A DNA stretch of 64,000 nt, from positions 4,016,461 through 4,080,460 of the forward strand of contig BFEA01000041.1 of assembly GCA_003427395.1 (NCBI GenBank). Direction: 5' to 3'. Positions within the stretch are counted from its first letter, which is position 1. Every line of letters begins with the position of its first letter. The DNA is from Chara braunii. Its lineage: Eukaryota; Plantae; Charophyceae. This document shows positions 51,223 to 63,922 of this stretch, one piece after another. Below the pieces are notes generated by a model that saw only the letters and a list, made by a program, of their open reading frames with translations, did not search any database and was not told the DNA's origin. The position numbers and the translations under genes were made by a program.

Positions 51223-54200
51223 ACTTCCTAAAGTTGTGCCCGTTAACAAGCCACAATTTTAGGAAATGTACGGCCCACTACAGGAGCGCCCATATACATC
51301 TGAGCAGAAACGTTTCTACTTGATTTTTTTTTATTTTTTTTTTCTGTGGACGATAGTTGGGACAAGTACTGGTGGTAGCTGGGCCAAGTACTGGTGATTC
51401 ACTGAACGTAAACCCCTCGTTGGCCTCGTTGTGAGCGCCTGGGCATGCTTGGCGCCCAGCACTTAAAAAAACACCAGTACTTGGCCCATACATTGGCCGC
51501 GGGCCGTTGTCGTTAATGACCCGCAACTTCCAGGCTTCGGGGTACCAGACCCCAATGGCTGGAAGCGCCAGCCAAAACAAAGTCGAAATGGCGCCGCGGC
51601 GGCTTGGAAAAACTTGGCGCGCAGGGGGTCGGCCGGCTCTGCATAGGTAGCTGGGCCAAGTACTCGTGGTTTAAAAGATGACCACTGGAAGGAGAGGGAA
51701 CAAGTTGTAAAAATGAAGGTGCTGATACTAGCCCGATAGTGAATTCAGGGTAATGTGTTTTTTTTGTTGTTGCCCAGTGCTGATGGCTCATATTATCCAA
51801 TCAAATACAGATCAGTTAAAAAAAAATACACACAAAGTTGACACATGCATTGCGGAAAAGGAACGCGTGCTCATCTGAAAAGTGGAAGTCGGGTAGCCAT
51901 AGCACATCTTGGACTCCGAAAAGGGGCCTGTGGGTGATGTATGGAATGGACTGGTGGTTTATACATTGGCTGCCGACAGGCCCCTTTCGGAGGCCGAAAC
52001 GTGCCTAAGACCGCCTACGGAATTTGTCAATGGTGGGCGCACTGGCCGGGGGTCCCAACGTTTTCGGACGGGTGAAGGGTTCTGTTTCAGAAAGGCTTGG
52101 GCCTTGTGAAGGCTGGAAGAGAAGAGCCCTGGCCGCTGGTCCGACGAGACAGCTTTGCGCCAAAGGCCGCCGATGGAATTTATCGACGGTCCATTTGTGG
52201 CCCGGCCGGGCTTTTTCAGATGGGTGAGGACTTCTGTTCCAGGCTTCCAGCAAGGCTGGGGCTGAGTACTGGTGGTGTTTCAGCCAGCAGCACACGCCTC
52301 ACATCTGCCGCGGGGTTGTGTCAAAGGCTGAAAAACGACGATGGCCACCGATTTCTATGATCGACGGTGTGCCGGTGCTGGCTTCTCCTGACAGGCGACG
52401 AGTTTCTTTTCAGCAAGGCGGGGGCCATTTCTCCTTTTCTATTTTCACAGCAATTTTCTTCTTCTTTTCAGCAAGGCGGGGGCCATTTCTCCTTTATGAG
52501 GAGCGACTTCTTTGAGTAGATTTAAAGACACATAGCCAGGAGGGGTATTGATTGGTGGTTGTTCCCCGAACTCCCGTTCTCTTTTCTGGAAAGGATAGCT
52601 TCTGTGGAAGTGCGGTATGAAGAGCGAAAGATTTGAACCAGTCAGATCCGTCTGCTGTGTTGTTGCTTATCAAAAACAGTTGGGTGCTGAACCATCCAGA
52701 CACACAACACGTATGGCAGCAAATGTGGACCATTGAGATCCATTCACTGTCACAGTGTTGTTGTTGTTGTTGTTGTTGTTTTACCAAGCTCTGTTTTCCC
52801 CTCAGTTTCACCTCGCACGACCTACTTGCCACCACGCCTTAAGCCTACACAGGGGACCCCTGCAAGCAGAGCTGCCTCAGCTGCCTCAGCTGCCTCTCCT
52901 GCCTCTCATGAGTAAGGGGATGGATGTTGTCCCCCGCCCTAATCAGGGCCGGTCAGGGAGTATGGCGGGGCCGCTTGTGTGTGGTGGGATCCCCTGACCC
53001 TTTCTTCTTCTTCTTCCTCTTCTTCTTCTTCTTACGTTAAGTTTCCATTTTTCCCGCGGTTGCCCTTTTCACTGCCCTTGCCTTAACCGTTTCCTTTTCC
53101 TTTTCGTTGGCGACGTTTTTCGTACGTTTTCCCCTTTTCCTGTCGTTGGCGAAGGAGATAAGGTAGAGTCCCTAACGCGATCCAATACGATTCGAACACT
53201 TTATCTGCTTACCAAGCAACAGACACGTGCTGGAACATTCGGCCACCGGCCGCTCTCTTTTAGGCTCCCTTTACTTTGTGATCCATACAGGGTATACTCA
53301 CACTAGGAATTGCTGACTTACTTCTGGAAGTAATTGTGGCCGGATGCATCCACGCTCGGCTGTAAATGCAGTTGTATACATCCAACCCAGAGCGAGTGTG
53401 AGTACGCCCTAAGCCAGGTTGATCACAGTCTCCAGGCGTTGGATAAATCAGGCTGAAAAGTGCCAAGAAGTTGCAGAATGATGATTCTAAGACTCGTGTA
53501 ATTTAACGAAACAAGGACTGAGATATAACCATACAAGGAGTATAATATAACTACACAACAAAAATGCAAAAAATACAATAAGCAGCACCAATCGACCACC
53601 CATAATAAATACCTCATGACTTTTTTTTTCTTTTTTTTTTTTGTTGGACAAAGAACTCCAATCTATTCGTGGGGAGCAAATAAATACCTCATGACTTCAA
53701 GACCCCTTTTGTCATCTTTTGTCATCTTCAAAGATTCTCTGATTACACCTCCCACTTCAGTATGGGTGGAAGCAGGAAAATGATGTACAACAATGGCACA
53801 TACGTGGGAAGGGGTTATCAGGAGCGGAAATCCCTTCTTGCTATTCCTGCCGGAAAAGGGAGGAGGGGAGGGGGGGGACGCTTCTTTGTCTGCTGAGCTC
53901 CGATTGTGATTTTTGTGGCAATGGCATTTGGAGCTTTTTTTTTTTTTTTCCGAAGAGGCCCAGTGCCCAAGGCTCGTATTATAGAACTGAATACAGGAGA
54001 GCTATGTTCGGATGATGACACTGTGGTCTGTTCTTACCTGGTTTGGGAAGCAGAACCTCCTCCTCCTCCTCCTCCTCCTCCTCCTCCTCCTTCAGTTTTT
54101 CATTTCTAGCTGGGAAACAAAACGCATACATTTTCTACAGCCAGATGATCAGCACCAAGCCCATGTGGGTGAATGGGACACCCATGTGATTGTCCATACG

Positions 54201-54591
54201 CCATACCAATAGCTCTCTTTTTTCTTTTTCTTTTTTCTTTTTCTTTTTTCTTCGTGAGCTCTCAGTTACTCGAGGACGGACAGTTCGATGATTGTACTAC
54301 CTCGAGGCCGAGCAAGTTGCCTCCTTCACTTGGTTAGGCATGCAAGTGGCATTGGGCAGGTCACGGGTTCAATCCCCACATGGTATTGAGGCAATATTGG
54401 TGCCAAACAACTGGGATTGTTGGTTTGGCCCCCCGCTCCTCCCCCCCCCCTCCCCCCCCCCCCCCCCCCCAAAGCCGTCGGTATTGGCAGGCTCTCTCTG
54501 GTCATCTTGGGTGGGAGTGTGTCTCTATGTATGTGGGCGGGGGACGGGGGGTGTGGGTGTTGTGTATGGTGCATGAGAGGTTGTTGGCCTG

Positions 54592-54696
54592 CAGTCTTCC
54601 CCCGAATACAACGTACGGTCATTATAGCTGAATTTAGACTGAAAGATACACCAAATTCAGCTATAATGACCGTACGTTGTATTCGGGGGAAGACTG
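54592..54696. mobile_element. 105-bp hairpin MITE, same family as 50668
   Basis: ~44-bp perfect arms cagtcttcccccgaatacaacgtacggtcattatagctgaattt. Confidence 0.85.
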
Positions 54697-55251
54697 TAGA
54701 CACTGCTGTTACTCGATGGGGGTCGGCGAAGAAGATGGGGGCTCAGCTAGTGGCAAAATGCCCAGTCTTTGCTCGCCCCTCCCAGCAGCAGCCCCAACCT
54801 GTTCCCTAATCACTGCTGGTTAGGGCAGAGCGCAACATACATCCTCTTGATTGGGAGAGGTAGCTTTGTTTGTAGAGGTCCCCTGTATAGCCCTAGGAGT
54901 AGTGGTAGCCTGGCAGGGAGGAAGTTGAAAGGTGAACTTGAGAGAAGAATATAGTTTAGTTTGAGACAAAAACAAATAAAACCTCCGAGTCAAGGCTATT
55001 GTACTTCCCCCGCACAAAGAAAAAAGGGCGGAAATTCTTTAAAGAACCCTAAAAGTTGGGGTATTTTCTTGGACACCCCTAAAACACAGGGGTACGATGA
55101 AATGAAATGCCCCAAACTTCTGCTTTTGCCCGTCCTGGCCATGGGCAACTTTGCCACATGCCCTTGGCCGTGAGCTGCAGTGCCAGAAGCGCTACTTTTG
55201 CCCTTCGCCTCTCTACCATGCAGTAATCTTTTCTGCCTACTGGGTAGGGGG

Positions 55252-55301
<50 letters not shown>

Positions 55302-55310
55302 TGTGTGTAC

Positions 55311-55379
<69 letters not shown>

Positions 55380-55450
55380 GGAAGTCGATGAGGTTTAGGA
55401 GGAAGTTGGTGGGGGGGGGGGGCATAGCTGGCACAGTTTTCGAATCTCCC

Positions 55451-55780
55451 TTTTTTTTTTCTTGTGTGTGGGGTGTGTGTGTGTAACAAGAATGCTCTGT
55501 CTATTGGTGGGGAGCTCCACCTGTTGGAAACCGGGTCCAGCGTTCATTGATTGTACAAACAAATACAAAGAATACATAGATAACCAGAATCCTGAGTTTG
55601 GGAAAGCCGACCGTTTTGACTGCCTCCATCGGGATCACTCTCTTGCTCTCCTCTGAAACTGGGGAAAAGCACTACCGTTTCATCCTTTTCACAGGACGCC
55701 GGTGCCTCACCTGCCAAAAAGAGATCCTGCTAAGGGATTCCACTATATTCCATACTGAAAACTAGGAACAAGGGTTGATG
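55451..55780 (-). mobile_element. Second LINE/SINE 3'-end fragment
   Basis: Shares ctattggtggggagct.cacctg.tggaaaccgggtccagcgt with 50353-50395. Confidence 0.5.
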
Positions 55781-55795
55781 GGGGGGGGGGGGGAG

Positions 55796-55822
55796 CTGTC
55801 TCTTATACACATCTAGATGTGT
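55796..55822. other. Nextera mate-pair junction adaptor (Tn5 mosaic ends), assembly artefact
   Basis: CTGTCTCTTATACACATCT+AGATGTGT at a contig edge next to an N gap. Confidence 0.97.
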
Positions 55823-55848
55823 NNNNNNNNNNNNNNNNNNNNNNNNNN

Positions 55849-55909
<61 letters not shown>

Positions 55910-56288
55910 AGCGATTTCGTCAAAACGGACATATGTTTATTTTTGAATGAATTGAAACTCTATTTTTTTTTTCTATTTTGTCTTCCGTGGGGATTAATTT
56001 GTGATCCAAATGGGGGGGGTAAGGGGTAGGGGATAAGGGGTAAGGGGTAAGGTGTGTGGGATAAGGGGTAAGGTGATAAGTGGTTAGGTGTAAGGGTGAA
56101 TGTCTTGTACAACCATTTACACCTTTTGTGTAATTGCATCAATTATCCTGTTTACTCTAGCAAGCTCGTCTTCTCCTGTTATCACCTGTACTTGTGGTCT
56201 CTGCATTTCGTCTCATGTGCGTGGACGACTAATGTAACAGCCTCATAATCGTCTACTCCACAACTGCTACGTCGAAAGCTATCCCGTA

Positions 56289-57072
56289 TCATAGTTTCTT
56301 ACTGTCATCCGATATGAAGTTGAATGGTGGCAGGAACCCTCTCACCAACAATGATGCATATGTGAGCATAAACACACCGCAATCGTTGAAGTCGTGTTGC
56401 TTTGGAATGCCTTTCACTGTCCATATACGGTTGAACTGTTTGGTGTCGATCTCTTGACCTTGTTCGATCGATCTCATGTACAAAATTTTTGCGAACCCCC
56501 CTGTCACCTTCATCGCGAGTTCTTTGTCCGGTGTCAGCGAGTCGTAGTACTCGAATTTCCTGCGTCTCAAGTCTGCCACTACGAGTGTCCAATGTTGGTT
56601 GTGCAAGACATGGAAAGGCGCAATAATCAAATCCATGTCGCTAATCACAACCTCTGTGAACCATTTGCGAACCTTATCGTAGTGGAACTTCATATTGCTA
56701 TCAAATAGTTTGACAAAAAAAAACGAGCTTAGAATTGTTATTCTAGGGATGCGCCCCTTTCCTATTCTAACCATATTTTCATTATTTGAGTCGCAGTCTA
56801 CATGCTTCACACGACACTCGTTGTCTAGTTTGACTAAGATAAAAAATTACTATCTCCTCATTCAACCAATTTTTTTCTACCATTAGTAAGCTAAAACCGT
56901 TAACAGTCATCGTGAGTTCTTCCTTTGTGTCTTCGTTATACGAGCTTGTTATGATGTCTTTATTCCCGATATCAACCGGCAATCGTGTGAGTGCCACCAT
57001 CTCGTACTCCGTCAAGTTCGTTGTTGTCAAGCGTACGGTCCATCCTTTTTTGCACCTCCGATTATCCTCCAT
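56289..57072 (-). pseudogene. Ulp1/SENP (peptidase C48) SUMO-protease domain, one frameshift
   Basis: WLNEEIV, HW, YYDSL and KQHDFNDCGVF: full His-Asp-Cys triad plus oxyanion Gln. Confidence 0.93.
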
Positions 57073-57534
57073 TCTTGTTTGCGCTGCACATGATCACGCG
57101 ATATGTCTTTATGTGAGGTACTGTTATAAAATGTGTGGTCCCAGTTATGCTATATGCACTCGGTTTGATGGGTTAATGCAACTGTCATAGCGAGTCTTAC
57201 TTTAAAGGGGTTGGGTGCTTATACGAAAAACGGAGTTAACGAAGCGGAAATAACACAACGCTACATCATTTATAATGCACTTTCGTCACTATGCATTATG
57301 CATTACATCATTTATTGACAACTGAANNNNNNNNNNNNNNNNNNNNNNNNNNNNNNNNNNNNNNNNNNNNNNNNNNNNNNNNNNNNNNNNNNNNNNNNNN
57401 NNNNNNNNNNNNNNNNNNNNNNNNNNNNNNNNNNNNNNNNNNNNNNNNNNNNNNNNNNNNNNNNNNNNNNNNNNNNNNNNNNNNNNNNNNNNNNNNNNNN
57501 NNNNNNNNNNNNNNNNNNNNNNNNNNNNNNNNNN

Positions 57535-57592
<58 letters not shown>

Positions 57593-57788
57593 GCCACATA
57601 TTACGATTAACATTTTATTCCTCAATCCTCTCAAAACTTTGCATAACATTTTATGTCATTCATATTGTTCATATCAATGGCGTGTAGTCACTCTATCTAC
57701 ACACATATACACATAGACACTCCACTTCACTTGCATACATATCTACACACAACTGCCATCACACGCACACACGCACACGCACATACAG

Positions 57789-57826
<38 letters not shown>

Positions 57827-57847
57827 ACACTACCCATGTTCATGTCT

Positions 57848-60800
57848 CTAAATATTCATCCTTTGTGTTTTTGTCTTTTCTCTTGTCGAACGTTTAACGA
57901 GTCTCTCTCCTTCGTCCCCTTCGTTCTGCTCCTTGTTATCTTCCCCGACATCTTCACCGCCAGCATCCCCCTCTGCATGTGCAACTTGCCCTTCCTCGCT
58001 CTCGGAAACGCAATTAATCACATTGGCCGATGTGTTGGACCTTTCGAGTTTATTCTTCTCTTCCCTCTCCACATCATTCAACAGTTTCATCATCTCGTCT
58101 GCGTTTTCTTTCGCCTCGGCTGCAAGTTTTGTACACACACCTGGTTGCATCGCCTTCGCAACCACATCCTCCACTGAAGGAGTGAGACTCTCCATTTGCG
58201 ATGCCCCTTCGTTTCCCAACTGCGTCAGAAGCGGAGACCCGTATGATGCAACGTTTGATTTTTGTTCGACCGCCTGAGACGCCGGAGCTCCCTTAACCCC
58301 CGTAGTCGTCTGCTCTCCATCTCCTTGAAGAAGGGTGTTTCCCTTCTCTGTGTCAATTGCTGCGACACTCGTTTGACTCAGCGCTTCTTTTGCACTCACT
58401 GCAAAGTTAGTCTGCGACATTGCCGCAAGCTGCGAACATCCAACAGGAATGGCATCGAGCCTGTGGCATGTGGGAGGCTGTACGTATTTCCAGTCGATTT
58501 TGTTATACGACCGGCTTGATGGAAAGTCGTAAAACTGATGCTTGTACTCCAAGCGATTGTTGGAGCGTAGAGACTCAAACAACGATTGGGCCTTCGTGCA
58601 TATAAGGTCTTCATTGACACCATGGTTTTCCTTCGTAACGCGTAATAGAATTTCACCGTTTGTCGATTTTGTTATACGACCGGCTTGATGGAAAGTCGTA
58701 AAACTGATGCTTGTACTCCAAGCGATTGTTCGAGCGTAGAGACTCAAACAACGATTGGGCCTTCGTGCATATAAGGTCTTCATTGACACCATGGTTTTCC
58801 TTCGTAACGCGTAATAGGATTTCACCGTTTGTGGTTTTCAACCATGAATATTCTGCCATCCTGTAATTGACTTTCCAGCCATCCCTCAGATGCAGTGCCA
58901 TTGCCCACTTCCCCGCGTCAATGCATGGTTCGAACACATTTGGGTGCCACAGTATGTGATGCCCCCACTTCTCTGACGACGTTTCTTCCCCCACGTCATG
59001 AAATACATAGGGCGAGGTGGAGCCCTGCATGAAGCTTTCTGGAATATCATCACCGAGCGTCAACTTCGGGAAGACACCTGGAACAACCAAGTCATCCTCG
59101 TCGGCGTCTTCCCTCACGTCGTTCATCCTCATCCCTCCAGACATTCATCCGATGGACCTCTTCTCTCCTTGATATCGGTAGCGATTGCCGTGAGGCAGGG
59201 CGTTCATTACGGCTTGAACGGGTGTCGGTGAATCCCTTGGGAATTCACCAGCGGAACTTGCCCTGTCCTGCGTGTCAACCACATGAGTGCTCAGTGGTCC
59301 GGATTGCTGCAGACCTCCTTCAGGGTTCTCGTTTTGCACGCTGCCATCCGGAATATTTTGCATTCCCTTACGACCATGTGCACCATCTCGAGAACGCTTA
59401 ACCCGTAGGTCGATTTCAAGGTCCGAGGTCTCAGTCTCTTCATCGTTGTCAATCGGATTCCACGCATCTGTTCTACGTGCGACGTCACTGTAGTCGCTGT
59501 ACGTCAACTTGCTGCAATGTCTCATGAACTTTAGCTCTTCGCATCGCGCCACAAACAACGAGAATGCCCCCACCTCTGCCTTGTGGTAACCACCATATGC
59601 TTTTTGTGCCATCGCTTTACGATAGATGTACTCGTGATGGAATGCAGTCTTGGGGTCGCCTTGGAACAAGTACTCCCACATTTTTTCTCTCTTCTTCCCC
59701 AACTTGTGATACATGTCCCTGTCCGAGCGTTGTGTGCTTTTATGTTTCTCGATGGTGCAATCGTTTCGAGGATCCTTGGCGAGTATTTTGATGGCCTTTG
59801 TCAAATATGCGATGTCTTTCGACGATGCATCGCACGCAAATACATGGTTCCCCGCGCGCAAAAACTCCCACACAAGGCCAACATGTGGCTTCCCAAGGAC
59901 TATAACCCCTTCGTCCTCATGCAGAAATGAGTTGCATAAGGTTTGTAGCCGTTGCGGCTCTCGTTCCCAACGCCCATACTCCTCTTTTTCACTGCCTTCA
60001 TCGCCGCCATGCTTCGCTGCACACCTCTTAAAAAATTGTTCCACAACGTTTACTTCCACAATGTCCGCTTTTGAGCGCGACACTCTTGTAACCTTTCTTA
60101 GGTCGCCTCCCTCGGCATGCAGGACGATCGCCATCGTGTCCTTACTCTCAATTTGCATATTCCCATATTTATTGACAGCCGTTCCGACCCCCATAAAGCG
60201 CTTCCAAGTGCCTAGTATCACCTCAACGTTCTCCCAATTGTAGAGGTGTCGCATGACGGTCTTGTGATGTTTCTGGGGCGCGAAGACGATCAATGTCCGA
60301 TCTTTGCCGCACAATTTTGACATCATTTTGTATAGGCGTCGAAGTCCTCCGGCGACCACGCAGAGCAATTCGACGGTAATGCGAGATCCAAGATGGTGGC
60401 CTTGCAATTAAGTTTTGTGGCAGCGGTAACGACTTCGTCTTGCGCAGGTAGCAGCTCCTTTGGGTGCATATTAATCGGTAGCAATGTTGCTCGTCGCCCT
60501 TTACCTTCCCACAACAGGTGAAGCGCAGCATTTGATAATCGCCGCATCTCTGTCGTGAGCAAATCCACTTTTCCTATCGCCTGGTACACGAAGACCTTAA
60601 AATGAAATGGTGCATCTTTATACAATGCCTCTGTGGCCTTCAACCCTGCTCCTTTCAGGCCTTTCATTTCTTGGTCGCCACCAAGTCATTTTGGAACCTT
60701 CCTAACGTACTCCAAAGGGATTCTATCCCTTTCCTCGTCCCATGCTTCCGCTGTGACACCGTACCTCTCTGTCACGCCCTTGTAATCGAAGAAGAACTCT

Positions 60801-63387
60801 TGGTTCCATTCGTCCTTCTCTCTGTTCTCCGATTTGAACATGATGTAGTTGAAGAGACGCATCATGTACCTCTCTCACATGATAATGTCGAGGAGGTTAT
60901 TCATGTTCAACTTCCCCGTAGGAACCTGTCTAGCGGTGGCTATGACCTTCTTGTTGATCACCAACCTCCATGCGACCTCCTTCTCTCTCGCCGTCATATC
61001 TCCAAAGCATTTGAAGTTTGATGGAACGAGATCTTTGAAGGTGACGGTGGCTCCATGCCCCCCGTCCTTAACCGCGATGCAATGGAACACCTCCTTTTTC
61101 CCATTGACTTCTTCCGTATATTGCCCCCGAAGCTTCCCCTCTTGCCTCCCCGACATATCTCTAGGGCACCTGCCATCGTAAAGTGGCAACTCTCCTGCTT
61201 CGAACTTCTAAAAAACTCTTTCACCAATGACCATATCCACCTCTTACACGTCGCCACGTTCATGTATCCTCTCATCCGGTTCGACCAGTCGGGCTGCCAC
61301 TTCGGATGCAAGGCCTCAGTCCAAAGGTTTTTTTCACATGACCGGGTCATGCAAACCCTCATGAATTCCCGCCACATCTCCTGGTGCATTTTACCGTTGA
61401 TGTCGTTTTCAACTACCTTGAAACCCACAGGCTCGATGTAATTCTTCAACCGCCAAAAACCTCTTATGTCTTCACACGCCTGGTGGAACGATGGTAACAT
61501 GGCACGGTCACCTCTCGTGTTGTCGTATGTCGAAACAACCGAATACCCGTGTTTGTGATCGTCGTCAAAGTAAACAACGCGCACGCGATCATAATCGTGC
61601 AAACCGTAAATGGCACAACAGCAGGAAAGATCCCCGACGTACCGCTCTTTTCATGGTCTCTGCGGTGTGCTGCCCAGCAACCGGGTAATAGAAGTATTCC
61701 TTCGCACGCCTCCAATCAAAGTCCTCTGGAAGAACACGTGTTCCTTGGACATTGGGGTCATTCGCACAAGGCGTAATTGGAGCGAGTATCAACTTCGACG
61801 GTTCCCACGAACCATCATCATCTACACCCCTTTGAGCAGTGGACCTATCAATCAATGCATCGAGACCTGCAACAATTGCCTTGTTCAGCGACCGCTGGTT
61901 GAATTCGATATTCCCCTTGGGAATCGGAAGAATCGACATGACATCTATGCAAACCCTTGGCACGTCTTTTCTTTTCCTGCCATCTTCATCGTACTCGAGA
62001 AAGAAGCACCGTGTCATGTCGACCGCACGGGGCTTCTTCGTTTCCGTTTCGTCCTCGGCAATGAGGTCAGGCCGACGAGGGCCCACCCCTTCAGCGTCGT
62101 CGCTTGAATCATCTGACTTGGGAAACCTGAGCATGCAGCCCTCTTAGGTTGCGATGTTTTGCGAAAACGGCTGCCTTCTTTACGTTTCTTGGTGGCTTCG
62201 CCAAGCGTTTCCTGTGATGCATCCAAGGCACATCGAGCATCATCCACAACTTCTTTTATGGCTCGTTTCTTCATTGCTGCTGGTGTTAGGGATGCATTTG
62301 CTTTCCTCTTACCCCTACTCTTCCAAGCCCCACCCGTTTCTACATCACCATCCCCTCCATCGTCCTGCTCATCCTCATTCTGCATTCGTTCACTTTGTTC
62401 CATGTCATTGTGTGGCCCACCACTCGACGCACCCATTTCACTTTGTTCCCTGTCATTGTGTTCCTCATCCGAACAGTCATCACATCGCCCACTGCCACCA
62501 GGACGTTGTTCGAGTTCCACGTTCCCTTCGCTGTCTCCTCCGACGCCCCCGTGTCGTGAGTCCTCCAAGGACCCCACGTCCCGTCCGCGAAACTCAACAT
62601 CCTCCTCAGTTTCCGTTTGCTCCTCAGACCGTTGGTCGACGACTTGAAGATCCGTCTGCCGCGAGCGTGAAGTGCCAGCAGTTGCAGCAGGTCCTTGTAG
62701 TTGCGGTGGAGTTGTGGCGAGTTGTTTCCTCTTCGCAGCCTTATCCGATGAACCTGGCCCCGACTGCCTGGAGTACGTAATTACCTTCTGAGCAATGTCT
62801 GAATGTTGCTGAGAAGTTGAAGGCACTTGGCGTGCTTCCCCACAAGACTTCAAAATGCCAGCGATACCCTGGACCGGAGTGTCGTACGGGACAAGCGGTC
62901 CTGTGGACTGATAACCGGCGTCCACCTTCGGGTACTGACCACTTTTTCTATAGCTGTTTGTTTTGTTAAGGAAATCCACCGGATGAACCATCCGAACCTC
63001 AGTTCCACCGCCCTTCGCTTCGAAAGGTTTCATACCGAACGCCCTCTGACCGTACCCTTTGAATAGGGCTAGGGTGAGGCTGACTTTCTTGTCGGCATCG
63101 ACCCAGTCGGTGCCCTGTTCATCGTAAACGGAAGTGAGATGGAATTTCCTCAATTCTCTGTCGTCAACCTTCCCCTTCTTCGTCGTCGCCTTATCGCCCT
63201 TGGACTTCATGATGCCACCACAACAGTACCAATTCAGACCTCCGTCTTCAGTCAAGAAAACTAAAGCGCCACATCCGGCCTCATGGGTGCCACCCACCCA
63301 GTCAATAGCCCAATGCTTATCACGGTAGAGTTTTGACATGTTGTTGATCCTCTTCTCCTCATCTCCTGAAGTCCTCGGTTTCCTTCC
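57848..63387 (-). pseudogene. Giant frameshifted ORF: unknown N-domain, acidic linker, ParB/DGQHR-like domain, beta-class DNA MTase-like fold, unknown domain
   Basis: ORFs 62014..63432, 61589..62134, 60994..61602, 60875..61189, 60323..60667, 59145..60407, 58653..59144 and 57848..58825 join end to end. Confidence 0.75.
58493..58832. repeat. 169-bp tandem duplication
   Basis: Two near-identical units starting at 58493 and 58662. Confidence 0.95.
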
Positions 63388-63429
63388 TGGACGGGCAAAA
63401 CATACGCAAAGACCGACCGAACAAACAGA

Positions 63430-63900
63430 CAACTGTCATCGCCATATCACCAACTTGATCCCCTACATGTGGCGAAGGAGGAGAGGGTCCGGCGTTTCGC
63501 AAACTCTGGACCCCATGAGGGCGCGGAGCGGAGCGGGTTATACAACCTCTGCACACAAACTCCCCTGCGCTAGCGCATCGTACTATCACTAATACTGCCT
63601 GCGCACCACCCACGAGACCAGTCCTTTAAGAAGGGGCAGGGTATCATCACCACATCACCAACTGCAGCCCCTAACAGCAGTCCCTCGCATGTGACCGTTC
63701 CAGGGCTGGCATTCCTTGGTGCACAAAGTTGAGTGAGAAACGCTGGACCCTCCCTCCTTGGTCCACTGGGCTTGCGCATCGTACTATCACAGATATTGTA
63801 TGCGCACCACCCACGAGACCAGTCGTTTAAGAAGTGGAAGGGTGTCATCGCCACATTACTAACTGGATCCCGCGTTTGCGAAACGCCGAACCCTCTCCCC
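63430..63900. repeat. Degenerate ~200-bp-period tandem repeat
   Basis: gcgcatcgtactatcac and tgcgcaccacccacgagaccagtc recur at ~63573/63774 and ~63600/63801. Confidence 0.75.
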
Positions 63901-63922
63901 ATCGCCATCGAAGGTGTGGGGG

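Noticed and set aside
55796-55814. Tn5 transposon end suggesting bacterial HGT
   Set aside because: It is the synthetic mosaic end in head-to-head adaptor form at a gap
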